Origin: a virus
Lineage: Duplodnaviria > Caudoviricetes
Length of the DNA: 64,000 bases
Reading direction: 5' to 3' (one strand)
Virus record (IMG/VR): IMGVR_UViG_3300033273_000833
Location: 64,001 to 128,000 of that record
Positions within the stretch are counted from its first letter, which is position 1; the number at the start of each line of letters is the position of its first letter. The notes below the pieces were generated by a model. It ran no database searches. It was not told the DNA's origin and saw only the letters and a list, made by a program, of their open reading frames with translations. The translations under genes were made by a program, and so were the position numbers. Positions 36,907-46,382 of the stretch are shown here, piece by piece.

Positions 36907-37959
36907 ATGAAGAAAATTATCATAACAGGAGTAACAGGTCAAGACGGTAGCCACATGGTAGACTATCTCTTAAAATTATTTAACGAAGAGTTTGGTAAAA
37001 CAGACTACATGATATACGGATCGATAAGAAGGTTAAGTGTCAAGAATCATGAAAACATTTTACATCTAGAAGATGAGCCTAGATTTCAGTTAATTGACAT
37101 GGATCTAAATGATCCTCACAGTATTCGTGACGTGGTCATCGATATTCAGCCTGATTACTTTATTAACTTTGCGGCTCAATCCTTTGTGGCAGGAAGCTGG
37201 AAATATCCAATACAAACGTGGGACACTGATGCAGATGCCGTTCTTCATATTTTAGAATCAATTCGTAGATTTGCACCAAATTGTAGATTTTATAATGCTG
37301 GATCATCTGAAGAATTTGGAGATGTCATTTATAGCCCTCAAGACGAAAAGCATCCACTTCGCCCTCAATCTCCTTATGGAGCTGCAAAATGTGGTGCTAG
37401 GCATATAGTCAGAGTCTATAGAGAATCTTATGGTCTATATGCAGTTCAAGGCTGGTTATTTAATCATGAAGGAACTCGCAGAGGACTTGACTTTGTAACT
37501 CGAAAAATTACTCATACTATCGCTAGAATTAAAATTGCTCTTGAAAATAACAAACCCCTACCAATTCTTAAACTTGGAAACTTAGAGGCTAAAAGAGACT
37601 GGAGTGACTCAGAAGATTTTATGGAGGGAGTATGGTTAATGCTAAATCAAGACGCTCCTAAAAATTATGTTCTAGGAAGCGGTGAAATGTTTACTGTTAG
37701 GGAGTTTTTAAATATTTGCCTTAAATATGCTGGTATTGAGTTTGAAACTAGAGGCTCTAATGATTCCGAAGAATATTATACAAAAGAAGGTGCTCTATTT
37801 TTTCAGGTAGATCCTAAATTTTATCGACCTGCAGAAGTTCATGAGCTGTGTGGAGATCCATCTCTTGCTGAAAAAGAATTAGGCTGGGTAAGAAAAACTT
37901 CATTCGAAGCCTTAGTAAAAAAGATGTACGACAATGACTACCAATTACTCAATCACTAA
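36907..37959 (+). CDS. gmd: GDP-mannose 4,6-dehydratase
   Basis: GVTGQDGS, NFAAQSFV, SSEEFG, SPYGAAK, LFNHE, RDW, FYRPAEV. Confidence 0.96.
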   Translation: MKKIIITGVTGQDGSHMVDYLLKLFNEEFGKTDYMIYGSIRRLSVKNHENILHLEDEPRFQLIDMDLNDPHSIRDVVIDIQPDYFINFAAQSFVAGSWKYPIQTWDTDADAVLHILESIRRFAPNCRFYNAGSSEEFGDVIYSPQDEKHPLRPQSPYGAAKCGARHIVRVYRESYGLYAVQGWLFNHEGTRRGLDFVTRKITHTIARIKIALENNKPLPILKLGNLEAKRDWSDSEDFMEGVWLMLNQDAPKNYVLGSGEMFTVREFLNICLKYAGIEFETRGSNDSEEYYTKEGALFFQVDPKFYRPAEVHELCGDPSLAEKELGWVRKTSFEALVKKMYDNDYQLLNH

Positions 37960-38908
37960 AGATTCAAAAATTTTCATCGCAGGCCACAGAGGAATGGTCG
38001 GCTCTGCGACATTAGATTGTCTTAAAGCTCAAGGCTATCAAAACATCGTAACTAAAAACAGGAAAGAGCTTGACTTAACAAACCAAAAAGATGTTGATTC
38101 TTTTTTTGAAAAGGAACAAATCAACATTGTTATTCTATGCGCGGCAAAAGTTGGAGGGATACTCGCCAACAATACTTATAGAGGAGATTTCCTTTATGAT
38201 AATTTACTCATTAGTGCAAACATTATTAAAGCCGCCCGAGATTGCTCTGTAGGTAAATTAATCAATCTAGGCTCGTCTTGCATTTATCCTAAAAATTCGG
38301 ATTTACCAATTAAAGAAGAAAGTCTTTTGAGCGGATTTCTAGAGTCTACAAACGAGCCTTATGCTATAGCTAAAATTGCGGGATTAAAATTATGCGAAGC
38401 ATTCTACCACCAATACTCTAGTAATTTTTACTCAATTATGCCATGCAATTTATACGGCGAAAGAGATAATTTTGACCTCAAAAGCTCTCACGTACTTCCT
38501 GCGTTTATTAACAAATTCCATACTGCAAAAGAAAGTGATTTAGATTTTGTTAAAATTTGGGGCTCAGGAAAACCTAAAAGAGAATTTTTGCATGTTAGGG
38601 ATTTGGCTAACGCTATACTGTTTTGCTTGGAGAATGTTGAAGCTGAAGACATATACAAGTACAATATTTCTCACTTGAATTGCGGTTCATCTCAAGAAGT
38701 TTCTATCCTAGAGTTAGCCAACTTGATTAAAAAAACTGTAAAATATAAGGGCGAAATCAGATTCGATAAATCGAAGCCAGATGGAACTTTTAGAAAAGTT
38801 ATGAACAATAATAGAATCTTCAAATTAGGCTTTTTACCTCAGATATCTCTCGAGGATGGGATTAAACAAACATATAATTGGTATATAAAAAATAATGAAA
38901 AAAAATAA
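37934..38908 (+). CDS. fcl: GDP-L-fucose synthase
   Basis: AGHRGMVGSA, AAKVGGI, GSSCIYP, YAIAKIAG, CNLYG, WGSGKPKREFLHV. Confidence 0.96.
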   Translation: MTTNYSITKDSKIFIAGHRGMVGSATLDCLKAQGYQNIVTKNRKELDLTNQKDVDSFFEKEQINIVILCAAKVGGILANNTYRGDFLYDNLLISANIIKAARDCSVGKLINLGSSCIYPKNSDLPIKEESLLSGFLESTNEPYAIAKIAGLKLCEAFYHQYSSNFYSIMPCNLYGERDNFDLKSSHVLPAFINKFHTAKESDLDFVKIWGSGKPKREFLHVRDLANAILFCLENVEAEDIYKYNISHLNCGSSQEVSILELANLIKKTVKYKGEIRFDKSKPDGTFRKVMNNNRIFKLGFLPQISLEDGIKQTYNWYIKNNEKK

Positions 38909-39818
38909 ATTTTTAGTAACTGGTGGAGCTGGATTCATTGGTAGTAATCTTGTTGACTTATTAATAGAAGAAGGTCACGAAGTAACTGTTGTGGATAATT
39001 TATCAACAGGCAAAGAGTCAAATTTAAACCCAAAAGCGAATTTTGAAATACTTGATATAAGTCATTCTTGCAATCAAGAAAAACTGACCAAGTTAATGGT
39101 TGGTTGTGATGGCGTTTTTCATCTTGCGGCTCTTGCCAGGGTTCAGCCTTCGATTGAAGACCCTAATGAATTTAATAAACAAAACGTTAATGGAACACTA
39201 AATGTTATTGTTGCTGCTCGCGACTCAAAAGTTAAAAGAGTGGTGTACAGCGCCAGCTCCGCCGCTTACGGGGACGCTGAAGTTTTACCTACTCCAGAAG
39301 ATTTCCCAACCGACCCTTTGAGTCCTTATGGTTTACAAAAATTAATTGGAGAACAGTATTGCAGAGTTTTTTATCATTGTTACGGTTTAGAGACTGTTAG
39401 CCTTCGCTATTTTAATGTTTTTGGGGAAAGGCAGTCTCTAGATAGTGGCGCTTATAAACTGGTTATGAGTGTATTTGCACAGCAAAGGCTGGAGGGAAAG
39501 CCTCTGACGATAACAGGAGATGGCGAACAGCGTAGAGATTTTACCTACGTTGGGGATGTTGCTAGAGCAAATCTTTTGGCAATGACTTCAGAAAATGTTG
39601 GAAGCGGAGAAGTTATTAATATAGGCTGCGGAGATAATCGTTCAGTAAATCAGCTCGCTGATCTTATGGGCGGGGAAAAAACATATATAGAAAAAAGGCT
39701 TGAACCTCAAGAAACCCTTGCCGACAACAGCAAAGCTAAAAAACTCTTAGAATGGGAGCCAACCGTGTCAATTGAAGAATGGGTTCCAAAATATAAAAAA
39801 TCCTTAAATATTGATTAA
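38895..39818 (+). CDS. NAD-dependent nucleotide-sugar epimerase/dehydratase
   Basis: VTGGAGFIGS, SPYGLQK, LRYFNVFG, RDFTYVGDV. Confidence 0.92.
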   Translation: MKKNKFLVTGGAGFIGSNLVDLLIEEGHEVTVVDNLSTGKESNLNPKANFEILDISHSCNQEKLTKLMVGCDGVFHLAALARVQPSIEDPNEFNKQNVNGTLNVIVAARDSKVKRVVYSASSAAYGDAEVLPTPEDFPTDPLSPYGLQKLIGEQYCRVFYHCYGLETVSLRYFNVFGERQSLDSGAYKLVMSVFAQQRLEGKPLTITGDGEQRRDFTYVGDVARANLLAMTSENVGSGEVINIGCGDNRSVNQLADLMGGEKTYIEKRLEPQETLADNSKAKKLLEWEPTVSIEEWVPKYKKSLNID

Positions 39819-40051
39819 TGTCTGATAAATATACTGGCCCAAATGATTTTGACGAACAGACTGATGCATTCAGATTTGATTTAGATTCTTTAGTAGATAG
39901 ATATTTGCAAGAATTTGATATTAATGTCTTTACTATAGCAGGTGCATTGATGGAAAAAATCAAAGAAGTTTTAGGTGATGATATTGTATTCAATATAGAA
40001 GAGCCAGAAGAAGAGTCAGAAGAAGAGAATGACAATGATGATGAAATATAA
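39818..40051 (+). CDS. acidic hypothetical protein
   Basis: 77 aa; TAATG-coupled; D/E-rich tail. Confidence 0.6.
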   Translation: MSDKYTGPNDFDEQTDAFRFDLDSLVDRYLQEFDINVFTIAGALMEKIKEVLGDDIVFNIEEPEEESEEENDNDDEI

Positions 40052-40057
40052 GGAATC

Positions 40058-40225
40058 ATGACAGAAAGGCAAAAAAAATATTTTGCAACCGAAAAAGGGA
40101 AAAAGTCTCTAGAAAAAGCTAGAAAAAAATATGACGAATCAGATAAAGAAAGACGCAAAGAGCAAAAAAGAGAGTATATGCGCAGAAAAAGAGAAAAAGA
40201 TCCAAATTATTGTAAATGGAAATAA
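40058..40225 (+). CDS. small highly basic protein (55 aa)
   Basis: MTERQKKYFATEKGKKSLEKARKKY...YMRRKREKDPNYCKWK*. Confidence 0.6.
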   Translation: MTERQKKYFATEKGKKSLEKARKKYDESDKERRKEQKREYMRRKREKDPNYCKWK

Positions 40226-40262
40226 AATTGTGTAATTTGATAAAAATTACATATAATATATT

Positions 40263-42533
40263 ATGAAAATTCTAACTATTCTATTATTGTCATCAATTTT
40301 CTGCTTTGGTGATGTTCTTTATTTTAATAACGGAAAAGACCTAAAAGGCGATATTATTGAAGCGAACGCGACACACGCATTAATTAAAAGATCAAGCGAC
40401 TTGCAGTTATTTAGAATCGCTATCGATTCTTTAACAGAAGACAATCGGGCGTATATTAAAAACAATTTTGCACCCAGCCATGAAGCTCTACCTAAGTTCA
40501 ATAAACCCTTGTCTGATAAAGAGTTAACTACCCACTCCAAATACATTGATAGTTTAATTGAAACAAAATTAAGATCATACAATCTTAGGTCGAATAAAGA
40601 AGTTGATGATGCCACTTTTTTGCGCAGATCTTATTTAAAAATTATCGGCAGAACACCATCATTAACCGAAGTAGACTCCTTTTTAAATAGCAGAGAAAAT
40701 AATAAAAGATCTAAATTAATTGATCAATTACTAGGCAGCGAAGGCTATGTAAGCCATTGGTTTAATTTTTGGGCAGATATATTAAGAATAAAAGATCGAC
40801 TGAATAATAGAATATCTGGAGTGCCATACAAAAATTATGTAAAAGATTTTATATCTAATAATAGGCCTTACGATGAATGGGTAAGAGAGATGCTTTCCTC
40901 TTCTGGCCCATTATGGATAAAAGGCAATGAAGGAGTTAGTTATTTTGCTCGAGATGTAAATATGCCTCTTGACAGCATGGCTAATACAGTCCGAGTTTTT
41001 TTAGGTACTAGCCTTGAATGCGCTCAGTGCCATGATCACCCTTTTGATCGTTGGACACAAAAACAATTTTATGAAATGGCAGCATTTACGAGTGGGTCAA
41101 CCAATTTAAGAATAAAGAGTCCAGATAATTTAACTCAGTTAAACAGGCTAGTGAGGGACGAAAGAAAAAAACTAGAAGATTCAGATCAGCCTCAAAAATC
41201 AAGACAATTATCAAATGCTGTCAGAGATATCCAAGATATTCTGCAAACTGGTTTAACTAGTTTAGGAAATGGTAAGATAAATTTACCGAAAGATTATCAA
41301 TATAACAATGCAAAACCAAATGAAGTTTTATTAGGTAAAACAATTTTTGGAAAAGAAATCGATATCAAAACTAAAGCTCCTGACGCTGGTTCTAGAGAGA
41401 TTTACGCTAATTGGTTGGCTTCAGATTCTAACCCAAGATTTACCGCTGTAATTGTAAATCGTTTATGGAAAGAAGTGTTTGGGCTTGCCTTAATTGAACC
41501 TCTGGATAATATGTTCGACGATACTCTCGCAACTGATACAAAACTTCAGTTACATTTGGAAAAAGTTATGGTTGCATTAGATTATGATTTAAAAGAATTT
41601 TTGAGGATATTATATAACACAAAGACTTTTCAAAGACAATCTGTAGTTCGAGATGTAATACCTAAAGACAATAAAGATCAGTCTATGCCTGTAGATGTAA
41701 AATGGATCATAGCTGGACCAAATGTAGAAAAGCAATCTCAAGGAGCAATTCCATATTTCTATCAAGGGCCAATACTCGAAAGAATGAGTGGCGAGCAAAT
41801 CTGGGACTCTTTAGTCAACTTAACCTTTAATGATATAGACTCTAGAAAATTAGAGCAAAACACAAAAGGTTACCAGAATTACGAAAATTTTTCCGAAATG
41901 ACTGGAGAAGAATTGTTTGCAGACATAATGGCTAAAATTAATAAAACAGAAAAGCCAAAAATAGAGAAGAAGACTAAGTTTTCTGAACCTATCAACACCG
42001 ACTGCCCCATAAAGCCTGGGAGGGCAATTGATCCAACATTATTAGCTCTAAACGAAAACGGAGAAACTCTTGCGTTTTGTTGCGAATCTTGCGTTGATAA
42101 ATATAAATCCCAGCAGAAAGCTAGAGAACAAGAGTATAAGCAGAATTTTGTTAAAGATAGAAACTCTGTCAGAGCCTCTGAACTGCCTTCCCCTGCTCCG
42201 ATTGGTCACTTAATCCGAGAGTTTGGAGGTTCGGATAGAGAGCAGATAGAAAATGCGCATAAAAGCGCCTCTGCAACACAAGTATTAAATTTACTCAATG
42301 GGTTTGTAGAAACTAGATTATTAAAAAATAAAAACTTTGAAATTATTAAAGCAATTCAATCTCAAAAATCATTAAATGATAAAATAAAAGTTGGATATAA
42401 ATACATACTAAATAGAGAGCCTGACACTAAAGAGTTAAGAATTTTTTCTGACAATTTAAAAAACGCAAAAGAACCTTATAAAGAAATAATATGGACGCTA
42501 ATCAATACTCATGAATTCATGTTTATTAAATAA
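40263..42533 (+). CDS. DUF1549/DUF1553 (PSCyt2/PSD1) protein with a CxxCH motif and a YHS-like insert
   Basis: Signal peptide; FLRRSYL.IIGRTP, RPYDEWVREML, FLGTSLECAQCHDHPFDRWTQ..FY, NPRF..VIVNRLW..FG.ALIEP, WTLINTHEF. Confidence 0.92.
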   Translation: MKILTILLLSSIFCFGDVLYFNNGKDLKGDIIEANATHALIKRSSDLQLFRIAIDSLTEDNRAYIKNNFAPSHEALPKFNKPLSDKELTTHSKYIDSLIETKLRSYNLRSNKEVDDATFLRRSYLKIIGRTPSLTEVDSFLNSRENNKRSKLIDQLLGSEGYVSHWFNFWADILRIKDRLNNRISGVPYKNYVKDFISNNRPYDEWVREMLSSSGPLWIKGNEGVSYFARDVNMPLDSMANTVRVFLGTSLECAQCHDHPFDRWTQKQFYEMAAFTSGSTNLRIKSPDNLTQLNRLVRDERKKLEDSDQPQKSRQLSNAVRDIQDILQTGLTSLGNGKINLPKDYQYNNAKPNEVLLGKTIFGKEIDIKTKAPDAGSREIYANWLASDSNPRFTAVIVNRLWKEVFGLALIEPLDNMFDDTLATDTKLQLHLEKVMVALDYDLKEFLRILYNTKTFQRQSVVRDVIPKDNKDQSMPVDVKWIIAGPNVEKQSQGAIPYFYQGPILERMSGEQIWDSLVNLTFNDIDSRKLEQNTKGYQNYENFSEMTGEELFADIMAKINKTEKPKIEKKTKFSEPINTDCPIKPGRAIDPTLLALNENGETLAFCCESCVDKYKSQQKAREQEYKQNFVKDRNSVRASELPSPAPIGHLIREFGGSDREQIENAHKSASATQVLNLLNGFVETRLLKNKNFEIIKAIQSQKSLNDKIKVGYKYILNREPDTKELRIFSDNLKNAKEPYKEIIWTLINTHEFMFIK

Positions 42534-42895
42534 TCCCATTTCTTATATTTAAATATATAAATCATATTGCTTTTAATATAAATCCACCCCAACTTTTCTG
42601 CATAAAAATACCCTTTTTTGTTGGGCATATTATAAACCCATCCTAATTTTTTTGAATATATCCAATCATTGCTTATTGATTTTTGATAAGTTCCATATAC
42701 CCTGCCAAGCCCCTTCATATCGAACCATATAGACTTAGGTTTTTTCTGGCATTTAGCCATCCATTCGCCAATATCTAAAGGTTCTCTATATTTAGCTTTT
42801 TTTTTACACCAATCACAATCATCCAGAAAATCATCTAATTCAACCCTAGCTCCTGTACAAACGCAAATCATTACAAAAATAAAGAAAAACCTCAC
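42509..42895 (-). CDS. secreted/membrane protein with Trp-rich WxYxxxLGWxY repeats
   Basis: CDWC; WIYSKKLGWVY, YFYAEKLGWIY, IYIFKYKKW; GTG start. Confidence 0.6.
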   Translation of the reverse strand: MRFFFIFVMICVCTGARVELDDFLDDCDWCKKKAKYREPLDIGEWMAKCQKKPKSIWFDMKGLGRVYGTYQKSISNDWIYSKKLGWVYNMPNKKGYFYAEKLGWIYIKSNMIYIFKYKKWDYLINMNS

Positions 42896-42950
42896 ATTTA
42901 TGTATACACAAATTGTTTGATTTTTTAAAAAATGTGTATATAATATTATT

Positions 42951-44243
42951 ATGAACTTAAATACAATAGACGAATTAGGAAGAAGAGAATTTATAGCTCA
43001 TGCCGCCAGAGCATGTTTTGGAGTAGGGTTAATGCCGATGGCGGGGGCATACATACATAATAGTGTTAGCGCTTTACAGCCTGGAGCTAGAGTTCCAACA
43101 GCCAGACACGTTATTTATTTAAATATGGCAGGGGCAATGTCTCATCTGGACACATTTGGCCCGAAACCCGATGCTCCTGATATCCAAGGCCCAACTCAGT
43201 CTATTTCTACAAGTGCAGACGGTATTATTTTATCAGAAAATTTACCCTTAACCGCTCAACACATGCATAATGGCTCTATTATTAAAACAATGGTTACGAG
43301 TCAAGGCGCGCATGAGCAAGCAAGCTACCTAATGCACACAAGCTATCTTAAAAGAGGCACTATTGTACACCCAACTTTTGGTAGCTGGGTTTCAAAACTT
43401 TCAGGATCAATCAATAGAACGATTCCAAGTAATATAAAAATCGGCGGAGGCGGAGGTGGAGCTGGATTTTTAGAGTCTAAATACGGAGCACTTCCCATCA
43501 ATAATCCTTCATCAGGTTTAGCTAATAGTAAGATGGCTTCATACTTAGATCATGAGCATTTTCAGAGCAGAATATCTATTGCAGAACAGTTAAACGAAAA
43601 TTTCTCCACAGAGTTTCCTCAAAAGCAAGTTAGAGCTTATGGTGACCTCTATAAAGACGCCATTAAATTAATGAATAGCAATGATCTTAATGCGTTCGAT
43701 ATAACCCAAGAAGCTGAGTCAACAAGTTCTCTCTACGGACCAACTAATTTTGGTAAAGGCTGCCTACTAGCAAGAAGGCTAGTGGAGCATGGAGTAAGAT
43801 ATGTTGAAGTCACAAGAGGAGGATGGGACACTCATGACAATAATTTTGAAAGAGTAGCGGCTAATTGCGCTGATATAGACAAGGCCTTAAGTGGGCTACT
43901 TATAGACTTAGATAGAAGAGGTCTGCTATCAGAAACTCTAGTTGTTCTAACTTCAGAATTTGGACGCACTCCAAACATTAACGGCAGAGACGGCAGAGAT
44001 CACTGGCCTTACTGCTTCACAGCGTTCCTAGCAGGAGGCGGAGTCAAAGAAGGCTTTAGTTACGGAGAGACAGATAAAACTGGCAGATCCCCTACGGAAG
44101 GCAAACCAATTAAGCCTGAAGATCTGAATGCTACAATTGCTCATACGCTAGGCTTACCACTAAATGACTATCAGTATTCGCCGTCAGGAAGGCCTTTTAC
44201 CATAGCTCATAAAGGCGAGCCTTTATTTGATATTTTGGCTTGA
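42951..44243 (+). CDS. DUF1501 family protein with a Tat signal
   Basis: GRREFI Tat motif; VIYLNMAGAMSHLDTFGPK, CLLARRLVEHGVRYVEV..GGWDTH, SEFGRTP, RDHWP. Confidence 0.93.
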   Translation: MNLNTIDELGRREFIAHAARACFGVGLMPMAGAYIHNSVSALQPGARVPTARHVIYLNMAGAMSHLDTFGPKPDAPDIQGPTQSISTSADGIILSENLPLTAQHMHNGSIIKTMVTSQGAHEQASYLMHTSYLKRGTIVHPTFGSWVSKLSGSINRTIPSNIKIGGGGGGAGFLESKYGALPINNPSSGLANSKMASYLDHEHFQSRISIAEQLNENFSTEFPQKQVRAYGDLYKDAIKLMNSNDLNAFDITQEAESTSSLYGPTNFGKGCLLARRLVEHGVRYVEVTRGGWDTHDNNFERVAANCADIDKALSGLLIDLDRRGLLSETLVVLTSEFGRTPNINGRDGRDHWPYCFTAFLAGGGVKEGFSYGETDKTGRSPTEGKPIKPEDLNATIAHTLGLPLNDYQYSPSGRPFTIAHKGEPLFDILA

Positions 44244-44268
44244 CAAATAATTTAAATTCATCTATAAT
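44240..44268 (+). promoter_or_regulatory. consensus sigma70 promoter (leaderless)
   Basis: TTGACA-17-TATAAT; ATG at 44275. Confidence 0.9.
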
Positions 44269-44274
44269 ATTTAG

Positions 44275-44871
44275 ATGAATAAATTACCAAAAATTATCGG
44301 CCTAACAGGGTTTGCAACGAGCGGCAAAGACACGTTTTTTACTGCAATTAATTCTTTAGCAAAAGATATGAATCTTCCAGAAATGACAAGATTTGCCTTT
44401 GCGGATGAACTTAAACGAGAATGTGATTCATTTTTAATTGAAAATGTAGGTATATCAGCTTGGACTTCTGAAAAAAAATCTAAAGAAATAATTAGACCTT
44501 TTTTGGTTACATACGGAACTCATATCCGAAGGAAGTTAGATCAAAATTGCTGGATTAATAAAATTAAAGATTCTGTAGAAAATTGTATAGCTAATAATGA
44601 GATTCCTGTCGTAACAGATGTACGGTACGAAAACGAAGCTTTATGGGTTAAAGAACAAGAAGGTATTATTGTCCAAATAAACAGAGAGTCTATCGGACCA
44701 GCAAATAATGAAGAAGAGTCTGAAATGAAAAAGCTTTCGAATTATCAAGATTTTTCTGTAGATTGGCCTACATTCGGCGCCGATAATCTATCAGAATGTA
44801 TGGGCTTCGCTAGATCCTTTTTGTCTCAATTAGGCTCAAGCATGGCAGTGGAATCTAATGCTTTTACCTAA
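44275..44871 (+). CDS. deoxynucleoside monophosphate kinase
   Basis: IIGLTGFATSGKDT..FADELK..R.FLV.YGT..R..VTDVRYENE. Confidence 0.85.
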   Translation: MNKLPKIIGLTGFATSGKDTFFTAINSLAKDMNLPEMTRFAFADELKRECDSFLIENVGISAWTSEKKSKEIIRPFLVTYGTHIRRKLDQNCWINKIKDSVENCIANNEIPVVTDVRYENEALWVKEQEGIIVQINRESIGPANNEEESEMKKLSNYQDFSVDWPTFGADNLSECMGFARSFLSQLGSSMAVESNAFT

Positions 44872-45517
44872 TCAATACATACAAAAGCAAATATTAAATA
44901 AATTATTAATATATAATTCTAACTTTTTTGACTTCAAAAATAATTTATTCACTGAAGAGATCAACTTTATCCATAGATCGATCAAGAATATTTCAGCAGA
45001 AGACATTTTCTTGCATGAACATATATCAGTTTATACATTTTGTCCTCAAGTATTACCCTCAGGAGACATAAACTACGGAAGGTTTGCATTTGGTAAAAAA
45101 ACGGAAAATGAAACATTTAATCAAATAACATTAGAACTATTTAGTTTTTTTAATTTAAAGTTAAAACCAAAAAAAAATTTCTTTTTCTATGGCGTTGGAT
45201 GGGATTATAGAAATAATTTAATAAAGCTATATAAGCTAAGTTTTGATTATGAAAACATTTTATGCTTAGAATATTTTGTAGATCGCTCTGATTTCAATAA
45301 TAATAAGTTATTACGAAAAAAAATGTATAATATAGGAAAAAAAACTACAGTTATGCATAAAGATGATTTAAATATTGAGCAAATTAATTTAACTAAATCA
45401 AAAAAAATCTTCAATCATAAGCCCGTAGATAAGTTTTGTGAAGTAATGGAAAAATTAAATTTTAATTTAGATACATACAGTTTATATAACAATATCACAA
45501 CTTTGTATTTTGATTAA
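44858..45517 (+). CDS. hypothetical protein
   Basis: 219-aa ORF overlapping the kinase stop. Confidence 0.6.
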   Translation: MLLPNQYIQKQILNKLLIYNSNFFDFKNNLFTEEINFIHRSIKNISAEDIFLHEHISVYTFCPQVLPSGDINYGRFAFGKKTENETFNQITLELFSFFNLKLKPKKNFFFYGVGWDYRNNLIKLYKLSFDYENILCLEYFVDRSDFNNNKLLRKKMYNIGKKTTVMHKDDLNIEQINLTKSKKIFNHKPVDKFCEVMEKLNFNLDTYSLYNNITTLYFD

Positions 45518-45525
45518 TTTTTTTC

Positions 45526-45554
45526 TTGATATTTGCCAAATAAAGAGTTATAAT
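45526..45554 (+). promoter_or_regulatory. sigma70-like promoter (leaderless)
   Basis: TTGATA-17-TATAAT; ATG at 45562. Confidence 0.8.
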
Positions 45555-45561
45555 TTATAAC

Positions 45562-45783
45562 ATGAACAATAAATTCCTATCTATTCTTGAATATTCTTTA
45601 AATAAGTTTATGCCATATGTTTTAATTAGTTTTTTAGTGTTTTTTGAATTTGGATTTTATAAAGTTCAACCATACATAATCATGGGGCTATTGTGTTTTC
45701 TAGACAAACATTCTTTCAGAGTTGGGTACGCAGTAGCTCTTTGCGAACAAAAAGGTATCGATCTTGAGAAATGGGAAGAATAA
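45562..45783 (+). CDS. small membrane protein
   Basis: 73 aa, hydrophobic core. Confidence 0.6.
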   Translation: MNNKFLSILEYSLNKFMPYVLISFLVFFEFGFYKVQPYIIMGLLCFLDKHSFRVGYAVALCEQKGIDLEKWEE

Positions 45784-45799
45784 GAGTGTAATCTTGTTT

Positions 45800-46012
45800 G
45801 TGCAAGAAAGAATTATAAATTTGCTTTTAACAATTATTGGTTGTTGTGTAGTATTCTATATTTTTAAACAAAATCACGAAATAACTTACTTGAAAGATAC
45901 AATTAGACTGCAACACGAAGCAATAGAAAGGCAAAATGTTTTAATCGACTTCCAAAAAAGAATCATGTATCCCGATAATTTCAAAAATGAATTTCAGCCA
46001 ACTTATAAATAA
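45800..46012 (+). CDS. small protein with N-terminal TM and coiled coil
   Basis: GTG start 14 nt after a GTGTA motif; IINLLLTIIGCCVVFYIF. Confidence 0.55.
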   Translation: MQERIINLLLTIIGCCVVFYIFKQNHEITYLKDTIRLQHEAIERQNVLIDFQKRIMYPDNFKNEFQPTYK

Positions 46013-46382
46013 GCAATCATACAAGCGTATATTTAATATATTATATTCAAGTCATTATAAACATGAACGATCCTCTACCGTCTCAGAAATTGATGTAAAA
46101 TCGCGAGCAGCTTGGGATGTTTTATTAAAAACTCAGCCTCAAAGATCCAAGCATGAAATATATGTGGCTTTTTGTAAAGACTTTGAAAATAAAAAATTTG
46201 CTTGTGCAGAATTGCAGAACATTAAAAGTAAACTTTTTCATGATTTTGATCAAGTTGCTTGGCAGGAAGTTTTGGGTTCAAATATTATCAATCACACAGA
46301 TCTACCAGACGAAAAAATATGTGCAATAATTTTTTGGCACCTGACAATGAATTCTTTCGAGCTAAATAAGACAAATGGATAG
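45987..46382 (+). CDS. hypothetical protein
   Basis: 131-aa ORF in tandem. Confidence 0.55.
   Translation: MNFSQLINKQSYKRIFNILYSSHYKHERSSTVSEIDVKSRAAWDVLLKTQPQRSKHEIYVAFCKDFENKKFACAELQNIKSKLFHDFDQVAWQEVLGSNIINHTDLPDEKICAIIFWHLTMNSFELNKTNG

Noticed and set aside
39736-40158. Minus-strand 140-aa ORF
   Set aside because: Antisense shadow of acidic/basic low-complexity plus-strand genes (S/F-rich mirror)
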